In this document: positions 1 to 13,867 of the stretch, piece by piece
Layout: every line of letters starts with the position of its first letter
How positions within the stretch are numbered: position 1 is the stretch's first letter
Source of the DNA: Pristiophorus japonicus
Lineage: Eukaryota
NCBI RefSeq assembly: GCF_044704955.1
Contig: NC_091992.1
Coordinates: 111,910,001 to 111,974,000 of the forward strand
Reading direction: 5' to 3'
Length of the DNA: 64,000 nucleotides
Program-made: the position numbers and the translations under genes
Notes under the pieces: model-generated
Databases searched by the model: none
The model's input: the letters and a program-made list of their open reading frames with translations, nothing else
Told to the model about the DNA's origin: nothing

Positions 1-25
1 ACTACACTCGTCATAGCCTTATTTC

Positions 26-640
26 ATAAGAACATAAGAAATAGGAGCAGAAGTAGGCCATCTGGCCCCTCGAGCCTGCCCCGCCATTCAATAAGATCAT
101 GGCTGATCCGATCCTGGCCTCAACTCCACTTCCCTGCCCTCTTCCCATAATCCTGGACTTCCTTATCTATCAAAAATCTGTCTATCTCCAACTTAAATAT
201 ATTCAATGGCCCAGCCTCCACTGCTCTCTGGGGTAGCGAATTCCAAAGATTCATGACCCTCAGAGAAGAAATTCCTCCTCATTTCAGTTTTAAATGGGCG
301 ATCTCTTATTCCGAGACTGATACGTCCTTACTATACAGTTTAAATGCACACGAGGCCCATGCTTGAGAGGTCAGTCTGTGACCTGTCCTTTATTCCATAG
401 CAAAATCAAGTGATGAGTGCTATGGAAGGTCCAGGTTAGGAGTGTCTCCCAAAAGTTCACCACCTAGTGGTCATTGTTCTCACAGTGTACAACTTATCAG
501 TTTACACATGGGTTACAATGCTGGTTGAATACATGACAGAGACAATGCCCCCTAGTTCTAGACTCCTCCACGAGCGAAACCATCCTCTTTGCATCTACCC
601 TGTATGTTTCAATAAGATCACCTCTCAGTCTTCTAAACCG
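26..640 (-). mobile_element. CR1-type LINE 3' fragment, split by a solo LTR
   Basis: Reverse complement of a (TTCTTATG)n tail and CR1 3' UTR at 26-70. RT C-terminus remnant 'RLRGDLIETY...ESRTRGH' in ORF 497..697. Ends approximate. Confidence 0.8.
318..538. mobile_element. Solo LTR (Gypsy-like, 221 bp)
   Basis: Begins TG and ends CA. Flanked by a 5-bp direct repeat GAGAC (313-317 and 539-543). Removing it restores continuity of the host CR1. Confidence 0.8.
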
Positions 641-1294
641 AGCTTTCTCACCCACAAACTGAATTTGAAATTCTACCATGCTATGATCATGTTTCATCCT
701 TCATTTCAAATATTTTCCAAATCTCTCTTAAAAGTGTAATGATCTTTGCCTCAACCACTCCCAGTGGCAAAATATTCTGTGCTCCAACAACCCTCTCTTC
801 AAAAAAATCTCCTAACGTCTCTCTGCGCCCTCCGTGATCATTTTAAATTCACAACCTTTCATCACTGACTCGCCACCAGAGGAAAATGTCGACCAAAACT
901 CTCAATTTTAATGCATTTATTAAATAATTCTCAGCCTTCTTTGCATCAGTTTCCCCACAGACAGAGTATATATCTTCCAAATTCCAGTTCCTGACACCCT
1001 GACTGACACACACGCACACACACACACCCACGCATCAACACACATCCACACTTTAATAATGAGATAATAGATTTTTTTTTTTAAATACATCATTTTAACC
1101 TTTTAATCTGAAAATGTTAGAGAAATTAATGTCAAATTTTGAAATTAACCTGACATAAAGAGAAGTGAAATAGCAACACTAATTATATTCCACAGTTTAT
1201 GCATTTTTTCTCATTCTCCCAGCACAGTAACACACCCATTGACAATGGAGGGCAACCCAATCAATCAACAGGACTGCCAAGTGGGGTCATCATA

Positions 1295-1740
1295 CTTGGC
1301 TCACTGGGAGCACTTTTACCTCGGTCAGAAGGTAATGGGTTCAAGCCCCACTCCAGAGGCTTGAGCACATAATTCAGACGGACATCTCAGCACAGTACTG
1401 AGGGAGCACTGCATCGGAAGTGCCATCTTACAGACGAGACGTTAACCTGAGTCTACGCTCTCAGATGGATGCAAAAGATCCCTTGGCCCTATTTTGAAGA
1501 GGAGCAGGGAAGTTCTCTCTGGTGTCCTGGCAATATTTATCCCTCCACCAACATCTCAAAAAAGCAGATTATCCGGTCATTATCACATTGCTGTTTGTGG
1601 GAGCTTGTTATGGGCAAATCGGTTGCCGTGTTTCCTACATTACAACAGTGAATACACTTCAAAAGTACTTATTTGCTGTGAAGCGTGTTGGGATGTCCTG
1701 AGGTTGTAAAAGGCAGTATACAAGTGCAAGTTCTTTCTTT
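1295..1740 (+). mobile_element. tRNA-derived SINE (SacSINE1/DeuSINE-like)
   Basis: A-box-like ttggctca and B-box gggttcaagcccc, core cagtactgagggagcactgc, L2-like tail. Homologous copies elsewhere in the window. Family name from recognition only. Confidence 0.7.
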
Positions 1741-1826
1741 ATAAATAAGCAGAGCAACCGCTTTCTTCACCCATCAATACCCAGATCCAAATTGGCTCAA
1801 CCCTTTGACTCATGTTGCTCATGTCG

Positions 1827-2303
1827 CCGGGATGGCGGGACTGACCTATCAAGAAAGATTGGATCAATTGGGCTTGTATTCACTGGAGTTCAGAAGAATG
1901 AGAGGGGACCTCATAGAAACGTTTAAAATTCTGACGGGGTTAGACAGGTTGGATGCAGGAAGAATGTTCCCAATGTTGGGGAAGTCCAGAACCAGGGGTC
2001 ACAGTCTAAGGATAAGGGGTAAGCCATTTAGGACCGAGATGCGGAGGAACTTCTTCACCCAGAGAGTGGTGAACCTGTGGAATTCTCTACCACAGAAAGT
2101 TGTTGAGGCCAATTCACTAAATATATTCAAAAAGGAGTTAGATGAGGTCCTTACTGCTAGGGGGATCAAGGGGTATGGCGAGAAAGCAGGAATGGGGTAC
2201 TGAAGTTGAATGTTCAGCCATGAACTCATTGAATGGCGGTGCAGGCTAGAAGGGCCGAATGGCCTACTCCTGCACCTATTTTCTATGTTTCTATGTTTCT
2301 ATG
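1827..2303 (+). mobile_element. Young 5'-truncated CR1 LINE
   Basis: Uninterrupted RT C-terminus (ORF 1805..2203), nearly identical to ORF 43348..44406. Ends in a (TTCTATGT)n tail. Confidence 0.92.
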
Positions 2304-2349
2304 TAAGAACAATCATGACAAACAGCCTGGATGTGGTAAATGTGTTGCG

Positions 2350-2562
2350 TTAGGCAGTCCCTCCTATCGAGGATGACCTGCTTCCACACCAAAAAGGGAT
2401 GAGTTCACAGGTGTTGCAATGAGGGATCTGACATTCTAGGTCCCGAACTACATATTGAAGGGTGGAAGATGCCCGTGTGTGGATTCTTTTAACTGGGATG
2501 GTCACACAGGCTTGACAGAGCTAGGTTTTGATCCGCTGACAAGGGTTAACTAAGACGACTAG
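2350..2562 (-). mobile_element. Fragment of an RTE-tailed non-autonomous element
   Basis: Reverse complement matches the 3' part of 24060-24610 and the RTE 3' end (gtggaagca...gggactgccta). Confidence 0.65.
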
Positions 2563-3010
<448 letters not shown>

Positions 3011-3265
3011 CAGTGTGTCGATATTTGATGTCTGCAAGATAAGAGGAGACTAATTGATGTCCCGTTACTGACTGCTCCATTTTTGATCGGGGCGTACTGC
3101 TCCAGCAAACACCCAAGTGTAAAATAGCTTCATAACATTTACATGTAAATATACATTCGAGACCTCAGTGCAGAAAAAAGATACTGGTTGGGACTTATTG
3201 TTCTTTCAAAGAGCCGGCACAGGCACGATGGGCTGAATGGCCTCGTTCTGTGCTCTATGATTCTA

Positions 3266-4915
3266 TGGCCCCAAGTTTCGTGCCGCGGCGAAAACGGCGC
3301 ACCTCCGAGCTGGGCGCCTGTTTTTCGCGCCGAAAACTGCGCCTAAAAAAAAGTCCGATATTCTCGTACTCCTTGGAGCTCGATGTCTGCTTGGCGCGGC
3401 GCGCTCTTCGCAGCAGGGGGCGGAGCCTAACACTCGCGCCGATTTTCTAAGTAGAAGGGGGCGGGTACAATTTAAATTAGCCTTCGTGGTGCCGGCAACC
3501 CTGCGCGTGCGCGTTGGAGCGTGAGCGCACGCGCAGTCTCACACAAACATTGGCACTCGGCCATTTTTTTAAATACTGCAGAAAAAGTGAAGATTTGTTT
3601 CTTGGACCCCTGCAAAGGCTTGTAATTTAATTTTTTTTGATATTTCTGTGTGTGAGGGAGTGCTTTTAGCAGCACTGCTGAATAAATCACCTGCTGAAAT
3701 CAGTGAGTTCAGCTTTTCACTGCTAAACTTGCAGAACCGGTGCTGCATTGGTGCATGCAAATTAAGGACCGTGTGTTTGGAGAAATAAGAGTGCCAATTC
3801 AACTTTGCAATGGATCAACGTCCACCAAGAACAAAGATGGCAAACCATTGCATAATATGTGGTGTTGACAATGCAGCACCCATTCTGCAAATTTAAATAT
3901 AAAACTGTCGATGTGGCTGCCTCTCCCTGTCCAAATGGCCTCAGTCCCCCTCACAGCTCGAAGGCTGCTGCTGTTTCTTCGGCTGCCGTCGAGCCACTGA
4001 CGCCACCCCTAAAGCGTGGCCGAATGGCCTCAAGCACCATAAAGAGCTGCGTGTGTCAGGTGTTGATTCTTCAGCTGCCGGCCAGCCACTGACGCCGCTG
4101 ATATCTCATGGCCGAATGGCCTCGGGTCCGTCCGGTGCTGCTTCTTCGCGGCCAGCCACGAAGAGAATGAAGGCCTGCCTCAAGCACCGCAGCTCAGCTC
4201 GAAGCTTGCTGCTGCTGCCGTCGAGACACTGACGCCACACCGCTGCCTGTCTCCAACATGAAAGGCCTGCCTGAAGCACTTTCACACAGGTAGGAACATG
4301 GTTTATTTAATCTTTTCTTTGCTTATAAATTTTTATTCAGGTTGGATTTATTTGTATAATGTTTGTATGTATAACTAAGGATTGATTGGAGAATTTAATG
4401 ACTTCCCTCCCCCCCTCCTCCTCCCCCCTTCCCCTCTTCTCCTCCTTCTCCTCCCCCCCTCCCCCCTTCCCCCCCCCCCTTCTCCCCTCCCCCCTCCTCT
4501 TCCCCTCCCCCCTCCTCTTCCCCTCCCCCCTCCTCCTCTTCCCCTCCCCCCTCCTCTTCCCCTCCCCCCTCCTCTTCCCCCTCCCCCCTCTTCCCCCCCT
4601 CTTCCCTATGCCTAATTTGTAACCTACGCCTGATTTTCTAAAGTGTGGACCAGGTTTTTTTGAGCGTACAAAAATCTTCACTTAATCCATTCTAAGTTAG
4701 TTTGGAGTAAGTTTTCACTCACGAAACTTTGAAATCAGGCGTAAGTGGCCGGACACGCCCCCTTTTGAAAAAAAAATTCTGTTCCAAACTGAAACTGTTC
4801 TAACTGACTAGAACTGGAGCAAACTAAATGTGGAGAATTCCGATTTCTAAGATACTCCGTTCTACACCAGTTGCTCCTAAAAATCAGGAGCAAATCATGT
4901 GGAAACTTGGGGCCA
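3266..4915. mobile_element. Non-autonomous DNA transposon, probably PIF/Harbinger-like
   Basis: Perfect 14-bp TIR tggccccaagtttc / gaaacttggggcca. CpG-rich body. About 300 bp at the right end is homologous to 46670-46955. TSD not resolved. Confidence 0.75.
4402..4605. repeat. Pure C/T low-complexity tract, roughly (CCCCCTCCTCTTCCCCT)n
   Basis: About 200 bp containing only C and T on the + strand. Source of spurious Pro-rich and Gly/Arg-rich ORFs. Confidence 0.95.
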
Positions 4916-7434
4916 ATAACACTAACATGTACCTGCATTCTATTTGCAGATCTTGACCAGCAGGGTTCAAAAGAATTTCTGACAAAAGACTGAACTTATC
5001 TGTAAATAAGAAGGGAGGTAAAACATGACTCCCTGTCATTTAGAATATTGACGTAAATATATCTAGTGGAAGAGATATCCTCAGGTAAATACATGTCCAG
5101 AATTATAATAGTATTCTCTCCTCACCCCAACACTAAATACTGATTATTTTTTCTCTGCATGCAGGGTTCTACTTACCTTTTCAGATCGGATTTTGGTCCA
5201 AATTGTTTTACTGTGGCTCTACAAATTGCTGAGTGAGTAAATGCATTGCCTCCTGCTATAGAGCACTTAGATGAGGAAAGTTGCAGATTTGATCCTGATC
5301 TGGGCCAAATTAGCTGACTTTAACTGTCTTGGCTGTGGGGGTGGTGCAGTTGGTTGGGGTGTTCCTAAGGTAGGGAGAAAGGATAAAACATAAATCAGCC
5401 AGACGTCTCTGTGCTGATTGACTCCTGCTACAGAGTACGTACGTGAAGAGAGGACTTTGCAAATGTAGGACTGGTTGTAATGCCCAAAGTTGGAATTGCC
5501 TGCCAATGCTCAACATCTAGGCTTAAACTATAAAACGATTCTGGTTTCATCAGGACATCCCAGTTTTGTGAAGGAATTTCAATCCTGCCTTAACTCTGGA
5601 GCACATTCTCAAATTTGAAAATGTCCACCTATAACTGTTGGCACGGAGAAAGTTTTTTGGAGTCTGATTTTTTTTTGTCATTCCTTAAATCAGTGTAATA
5701 ATAAATACTTACATTCATATGAGCCTTTCACATTGGAAAATAAAAGTAATACAAATTAATTCTTTGAGTGCATGGACTCTTATTGGATAGGCAAATGCGG
5801 CAGCCATTTTGTACCAGCTAACACCCCACGCAGTCAGTAGAAAAACAACCAAAACCAAATTGTCTTGAGATCTTTCAATATCCAAATGGATTGCTGGAAG
5901 GAAGACACCCCTGGCAATGCAATACTCGTTACTGCACTAAGTTATGCACAGCCTACTGCCAGTGGTGAGGATGCCACCAACAGAGCCAAGGGACTTTTAT
6001 TGCACTTTAAGCTTTGTGTTTTAAGAATTAAGCTATGTGACATCATAGCACAAATACAATCAGGTGTTAACCCTTCTGATTGCGAAGTCTTAGAAACATA
6101 TATTAATCACATGCCAGACAAAGATCAAAAAACCTGACCTACACAGTCCACAATGCAAAATCCTCTGTAGATCCCTCCAAGGCTTTGTCCCACACCATCT
6201 CTACAATTTCCCCCAGTCCTACGCGCCCTCCCAAATGCTCCATTTCTCTGAATCCGACTTCTAATTTATATTTTATTTGATAGCATGATTCAAACATGAA
6301 GTTCTACTTGAGATACCAAGTTTTATTTTGAACACCGCCATTTAATTGGGGAGAAAAAAAATCAGGCCTGCCTTTGAAGCGAAATAGTTGGTGAATAATT
6401 GCAAAACTATTTCTTCCAACGCGTCAGTGCATTCATATCAAGAGTTTGCAGCCCTGACAGTATTTTTGTTTTGATTTTGAATTAGGCAGAAAGATGGACT
6501 ACTCGATGAACTAAAGATGCACCTACCTGATGCCTAAATCAGAAAGTTTTTGCAGATCTGTTGAAGTTACAAAATAGAGTGGATTAGAAGCTCAGTCAGA
6601 GCCTGTGATTTTAGGGATGAGCGCATTTCTGAAAAATCAGCAACTTTTCAGGTCACCAACTCAATCTGTTTGTCACAAAACACGTCTAGGGATTAAATAA
6701 TCTGGGAGGATGGGGCCTCTCACAAATGATTTGTGCTTTTAGTCACTGAAGCTTTTGAGTAGTGAAACATTAACTGTGAAAGCATGACAAAGAGGTTAAT
6801 GCTATTGACAGGCACAAGCGTTAATCATTTCCTTTCTGTTCCTCCCTCCCTTAATTTACCATAAAATACCTTGCATTCTAGATTTTGTTATTTGAAAATA
6901 TATGTCGCGAGCATTACTGTCATCTAGTGGCGACTGAAGAGGTAGAAATAATCTAAGACAATCCATCTATGCCTGAGGCATGTAGAGAAAACAATCACTT
7001 ATTTCAGTTAGCTCTGCAGGTCTGTAACCAAAAACACAACAAGAATATGCAAAAGTCACAATTAAGCCTATCTCTGTGGTTGGACACTGGTGTTATTGTG
7101 TGGTTTGTGTTGGATAATTAGACCAGCTAGACTGTATATCTTGTCGCAACACATTTTTGTTAAGTCACATACACAGCCAGGAAGTTATTTTGATCTCCGT
7201 GGCCATCTCAGTGGAATACGAAGGAAAATCTAACCAGCAAATATGAGTTTTTAAAACCACATGCACCCAAGACGATAACTGTAGCAATTCACATTTGCAC
7301 CAACAGTCACACAGCAAATTCAAACTGTAATGGCACAGCTTTAAACCCTATCCTGTTCAGTGGAGTAACTTGGACATTCAAAGTCATGTGAATATGGAAT
7401 GATAGCCAAGATTTTTCTGGTATCATGGCAAAAT

Positions 7435-7840
7435 ATTCATTCATGGGATGTGGGCACACTGGCAAGGCCAGTATTTATTGTCCATCCCTAATTGCACGAG
7501 TCCATGAGGTGAAGGTTTTCCTAGCAGTTTGATACAACTGAGTGTCTTGCTAGGCCATTTCAGAGGGCAGTTAAGAGTCAACCATCTTGGTGTGGGTCTG
7601 GAGTCATATATAGGCCAGACCGGGTAAGGACGGTAGATTTCCTTCTCTGAAGGGCATTAGTGAACCAGACGGGTTTTTCTGACAATCCAGTAGTTTCATG
7701 GTCACCATGACGGACACTAGCTTTTTATTCCAGATTTATTTAATTAACTGAATTTTAAGTTCCACACCTGGTTTGTGGGATTTGAACTCATGTCCCCAGA
7801 TCATTAGACCAGTAACATAACCACTATGCTACCATACCCA
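7435..7840 (-). mobile_element. tRNA-derived SINE, second family
   Basis: Reverse complement of ggtagcatagtgg...gagttcaaatcccac. Homologous to 39250-39590. Confidence 0.7.
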
Positions 7841-10276
7841 CTTACGTACTCAACTGTGGGGCAGGATGGGCAACAATGGAGAAGTGCAAGAATCACATTT
7901 GTGCAGTTGTTCAGATGTAGCAGATACGACATTAAAACAACTGTGATGGTGTAATATTTTAATATGTGGTCAGTGCAATGTTTCATTTGCAACATTCCCA
8001 GTCTGACCAAGACGTTCCTTGACATTGGAGAATGGTCCATTTAGACAAACAATGCAAAAATCACACTGCTGGCCTGTACCTATGGGCTGAAGATCAAATA
8101 CACCAACAGTAAAAGGCACCAGACAAAACTTCTATCAAGAGTAGTTTTAATGCATTTCACAGCATTGGGATTCTGAAGTTTGCCTTACAGGGTTGCCTCA
8201 GACAGATTGTCAGAACTAATCCTCTGAAGTAAATGGAATATCAATCTCCGAGCAAGCCCCAGCACGCATTATACTTAGTGACCAAAGGAAACATTTTGTC
8301 TATGATGGATTAATTATTTAATTCTTGTTTACTGGTCAGAGGGTTAAAGTAAGTTACTACCAGATACTTCTGGAGGCTGTAGCAAAAATCACATCCTAGT
8401 CAGGTATGCCAAAAACAGTAATGCATATCTGCAATTTATTCCTGTAAAACAAAAGATAGTTTAATATGTTAATATATGTTGAGTGCAGAGCCATTAGTGC
8501 CATTTTCTCCAGCAGTGTAAATGATAGCTGTCCGGATAGATATCATTGTCCTACAACTATAGGTCTTAAGCCTCAAGTTCCCAAGAGTGCTGAAGATTAC
8601 CTTGACCACCAAACAAACTTGGTATTTGGAAGCCTGTAAGTAGCTGGCCAGCTAAACATAGTTATAAGAAATACAGTTTTTAAATGTCCTTTATTCTGGT
8701 CTACCCTCGGAATTTGGAGCTATATCTCAGTCTGTATTCGATCAGCGCATCATTCAATATGAAGCCATCAGGGGTACAAGGTTAATCAGAGGTTCTGTGG
8801 TCGAGTAAAGCCATGCAAGCAGCATGCAATAAGTTTCAATGGTCAGTTTTATGTTTAACAAGAAGTTTTGTTATTTTAGTAAGAATAGTACTAGAAATAT
8901 ACTGCTTCAACTGAATATTATTCCTTTACCTAGTTAATGGTAAATAAACCTGTCTTGTAGTTGATAGTCGAACCTACGTTCTGATAGTATTTATTCCTCC
9001 CCCTACCAAAGTCTAGGCAATTACATGATTTATTCCAGTAAGCCGGAATACAGAGATGAAGGTTTTCTGGATATTGGACAGTTGCAAGGCACACTATTGT
9101 TAGTAGGGAGCAGCAGGCTCAGCGGAATGGCTAATGATGCAAACCCAAGGAATATATCTGTTGTAAAAAAAACAAAATGGAACACCTACCCACCAGCATA
9201 ATAATTGACCTGAGAAACTTCTCTCGTATTTGTAAATAAGGAGCTTATGCAACTCCATTGCACAGAATGGTATATATCAGACTAAGTAGCACTGTGTCAG
9301 GCAGGTGATAGACTGGAACCAACAGCACGTTATTCCATCACCAGGCTACAACAGCTCACTACTGGGATTATCACATCATATGTACTCTACTGCAAAGTAA
9401 ATTCTTCCATGTAAAGCAAGGTAATCACATTTACTGCTTTGGGTTAACCATATTTACAGTTTGTGCATAATTCATATATATGCAAGTCTGGGCAACAATG
9501 GTTCAACAACAGCTAAGACTTACATGCATCCAAGTTGCATGCTAACAGCAACATTGGTGCCAGGGGGTTGTGTAAGAAAATGAACACAGTATGAGGACAT
9601 TGGAAGCAGCGGTATACAATCAAATTCAACTGCAGTGTGCAATAAAATGAGTAAAAAGAACAGTTTTGTAAGACCTATTGTATTCTTACCCGTGTTTTGG
9701 TGATTTCCATTGAAGGATCCATTCTCTAGATTTTGCTCCAAGCAGAGAACTCCACATCAGTTCTGAACTGCCAAGAGTTGGTGTAACCAAGATAAAATTC
9801 AAAATGCACTTCAATTTATAAGTTAACCAAGATTAGAATTTCCCATTTTTGACTTTCCCTTCCAATAGAACTGTAAAACACAAATACTTTTCAATGTATT
9901 GTTGCAGCATTCACTAAAGTAATAAACTCCAGCAGCCCCCCCTCCACAAGAAAAAAACACAGAAAACAAAATCCACCTCAAATCTGAGAGCAGCTAATTA
10001 TCCCTATTGCTGAATCAGGTCATGTGATCACTAAAACCCCCTAACCGTGGAAGTAAGTAAATTAAAATGTTTAATCAACAAATCTATTGTCACACTATAA
10101 TCTGTAGTTAATTCCAAAAAGTAATTTTAAACAGAATTTAAAAAAATGTAGGTCCCAGCAGGCCCTGGGCATCAGCATGTTTATAAATAAAGTTTGCTGA
10201 ATCACAAGACTGTTTCCTTACCCTCACTGGGAATAGTATTGATAGAAAGAAAGAATTTGAACGGAACTGTTGAAAG

Positions 10277-10379
10277 ATGCAAGAGTTGATAGCTGGTCTA
10301 CAAAAGATGAGATTTGATTTTGAAATTGCCTTGGAGCAGCAGAGAGGATTTGTGGAGTTGCCATTTTCCGGCATGGACA
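10277..10379 (+). CDS. CPSF4L: CPSF4-like, coding exon 1
   Basis: Translates MQELIAGLQKMRFDFEIALEQQRGFVELPFSGMD. 103 nt, phase-1 donor gtgagg. Matches the CPSF4/CPSF4L N-terminus; synteny with C17orf80 and FAM104A supports CPSF4L. Confidence 0.9.
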
Positions 10380-11439
10380 GTGAGGAGCAAATTATAATCT
10401 GGAACTAAAAATTGGGAAAAATTAAATGCTTGTTCCTAAGATTAGTAACTGCCTTAGTATTTAAAAAGTCTGCTATTGTTTTCATAGTAATAGGAATCTA
10501 AATGTATTGAAACTAATTTTAATATATAACTTTTATGATTTTTGTTTTGTGTTGAAATTAATGATTATCTTGAAAATCAGTTTTTAAGAAGGGGTCAGAG
10601 GTCATGTTTTCCAAAATCTGAAATTCTTAATGAAAATTATGCATCATCTTATAATCAATTATTTATTTTGTTCAGATTTTGTCCAGTACTTTGAAACTGT
10701 GTTTGATATTTAATCTCATAATGATACCATGAATTTAAAGTCACAAGATCTGTTCCCCATATCTAAACTCCTGTAAACTTGGATCCCTAGTTCAGTCTGT
10801 ATTTTGTTCTTGCAACTATTCCTGAATTATTTTGTGGGCAGAGTGTCTGATTCAAAGTCCAATTCCAACTATTATGAATTGGGTCTTTCGTTAATTTGAA
10901 AACAGTAATATGGACTAATTGAAATAAGTCCATCTGGTTATAAATGTTTTTTGGGGGTTCTATTGTCTTGTAATATGACAGCAAAATGTCAGTTAAATCA
11001 TTTTGGTTCCAAGCTATTAAGCACTATTAGTACGTGGCCTTTAGAAGATTATGCTATCCTCCTTGAAACCTGGGATTGCACATCATGGCCTTTTTGGGGC
11101 TGGGTGGCTCCAAGGTGGCAGGCCTAGAATTGGGCGATTGTCACCAAACCAAACCTTTATGACGGGCTCAGTACTTCAAGACCTAAGCCCCACAGATCTA
11201 CAATACGTCAGCAGTATTGATGAATGACCAGCATCTGACTTCTTGATGGGGAAGCATTCTATCTGTTTAGAACCACCTAACCCTGCAAGCCAACTTCCTA
11301 AAGAGGAGAGCAGTCCTTGCTGACCAGGCAGCAGGAAGCTCATCAGATGAGCTGTGTGGTTATACTCAGTTAGACATCAATATATATTTCAGAACCCACT
11401 AAACCTTGCCTCTTGGACCTATGCCCAAGTTCTTTGCTT

Positions 11440-12200
11440 TAGATATGTTGACTATGGGAGGAGATCCATGACTAGGCCTTGGACAATGTGGACCATTTTC
11501 CATACCTCTGGAGCCTCAACCAGGGATGATGTCGATAACTAAGTCCAACACTGTCTTCAGTGTGCCAGTGCAGCCTTTGGTTGCGTGAGGAAGTGTGTTT
11601 GAAGACCAGGACCTCAAACCTGGCACATGGACTATGTGCAGCAGGCACCACAAAGTACTAGAGAAGTACCACCATCTGCAAGATCCTGTAAATCCATTGA
11701 CAGAATAGGCGCACCAATGTCGGTGTTCTCGCTCAGGCCAACATTTCCAACATCGAAGCATTGACCATGCTCGATCAGTTCTGATGGCGGGCCACAGCAT
11801 CTGCATACTTGGTACTAGACTTCCCAAAGCAAGTGCTCTACTCACAGCTCCGACACAGCAAGCAAGTCCCAGGTGGGCAGAAGAAACGCTTCAAGGACAC
11901 CCTCAAAGCCTCTTTGCTACATCCCCACTGACACCTGGGAATCCCTGGCTCAAGACCACACAAAGTGGAGAAAAAGCATCCGGGAAGGTGCCGAACACCT
12001 TGAGTCTCTTCGCCGGGAGCAAGCAGAAGCCAAGCGCACAAACAGCAGAAGGAGCGCATGACAACCCAAGCACCCTACCCACCCACCATCTGCCCCACCT
12101 GTGATGGAGACTGTTGGTCCCGCATTGGACTCATCTGAGAGCTCCTATTAGTGTGGAAGCAAGTCATTCTTGACTCCAAGGGACTGCCTAAGAAGAAGGA
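11440..12200 (+). mobile_element. Degenerate RTE-clade LINE 3' fragment
   Basis: 'IPTDTWESLAQDHTKWRKSIREG' in ORF 11873..12061. RTE 3' end gtggaagcaagtc...gggactgcctaagaagaag. Confidence 0.8.
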
Positions 12201-12489
12201 TGGAAGGAGAGAATGTGCACTCCATATTACAGATGAAAATTCTAGTTACATGGATTTCTCAGTAGTTTGGTTTTCAAACTCTTGTGTGTGTTTTTTTGTG
12301 CTTGTCATACTAAAAAACAAAATGCTTATTTATCCTCTTAATTATAATGAGGCGTTTCTCAAATAAGGTATTGTGGAACGTTGGATGTATAAGTTTGCAT
12401 GTGCAGACTGCAAATTTAACACCTTCAATGTGCACTAAAATGGTTTTAAAAAGTTTATTTTAAGACAATGTCAGAAGATTATCGGAAGT

Positions 12490-13423
12490 AGGTTGCTACC
12501 TCTTTACTGCAGTAAAGCATAGGCCTTACACTACGCATCCATAAGACAAAGGTTCTCCCCGCCGCACAGCACTGCCCTCCCCCGAAGTCATCAAGTTCCA
12601 CGGCGCGGCCCTGGACAATGTAAACCATTTCCCCATACCTCGGGAGCCTCCAACAAGAGCAGACATTGACGATGAGATTCAACACCGCCTCCAGTACGCC
12701 AGTGCAGCCTTCGGCCACCTGAGGAAAAGAGTGTTCGAAGACCAGGCCCTCAATTCTGACACCAAGCTCATGGTCTACAGTGCTGTAGTAATACCCACTC
12801 TCCTGTATGGCTCATAGACATGGATCATATACAGTAAACACCTCAAGTCGCTGGAGAAATACCACCAATGATGTCTCTGCAAGATCTTGCAAATCCCGTG
12901 GGAGGACAGATTCACCAATGATAGTATCCTCGACCAGGCCAACATCTCCAGCATTGAAGCACTGACCACACTTGATCAGCTCCACTGGGCAGGCTACATT
13001 GTTCGCATGCCAGACGCAAGACTCCCAAAGCAAGCGCTCTACTCTAAACTCCTTCACGGCAAACGAGCCAAAGGTGGGCAGAGGAAACGTTACAAGGACG
13101 CCCTCAAAGCCTCCCTGATAAAGTGCAACATCCCCACTGACACCTGGGAGTCCCTGGCCAAAGACTGCCCTCAGTGGAGGAAGTGCATCTGGGAAGGTGC
13201 TGAGCACCTTGAGTCTCATCATGGAGAGCATACAGAAATCAAGCGCAGGCAGTGGAAAGAGCATGTGGCAAACCGGTCCCACCCACCCCTTCCCTCAACA
13301 ACTACCTGTACCACCTGTGACAGGGACTGTGGTTCTCATATTGGACTGTTCGGTGACTTAAGGACTCATTTTTGGAGTGGAAGCAAGTCTTCCTCGATTC
13401 TAAAGGACTGCCAATGATGATGA
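12490..13423 (+). mobile_element. RTE-clade LINE 3' fragment
   Basis: ORF 12887..13417 (QLHWAGYIVRMPDARLPKQALY...GGQRKRYKD, C-terminal Cys/His motif) and a (GAT)n tail. Confidence 0.88.
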
Positions 13424-13635
13424 TGCAGTAAAGGGAATAGCTGTAGATGAATATTACAAAATGTTTAATGTTAGCAGGTGCAGGGAAAAGTAGTGCAGGA
13501 TGTTGACTAGAAAGATGCAAGAAACACTACATGGAAGCACACTGAATAGACAAAATAAATGTAGAACCAAAAGGCTGGAATGAAGACAAGAGAATAGTCT
13601 TGCAGTCCTGTAAATATTGTGATCTTTCTTTGCAG

Positions 13636-13686
13636 AATCTGGTTCAGCAGTCTGCGAACTTTTCATTAAAGGTGAATGCTTAAAAG
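13636..13686 (+). CDS. CPSF4L: CPSF4-like, coding exon 2
   Basis: ttctttgcag acceptor, (K)SGSAVCELFIKGECLK, gtaagg donor. 51 nt, phase 1/1, first part of ZF1. Confidence 0.9.
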
Positions 13687-13867
13687 GTAAGGTACTAATC
13701 TATATGAACAACATCATAAAAGTACCAAGAATGTAACCTGTTTTGTGTTTACAAACAGAACTGCCCTCAAGTATGGCATTAGTTTAGATCAAGGTAGTTT
13801 TGAATGGAAATGTCCCATAGATGTAGTATGGGATGCTCTGTTGCATTGTTATAAGCATATTACCTTA

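Noticed and set aside
4337-4681. Pro-rich and Gly/Arg-rich ORFs (formin- or extensin-like)
   Set aside because: They are translations of a C/T simple repeat inside a TIR element.
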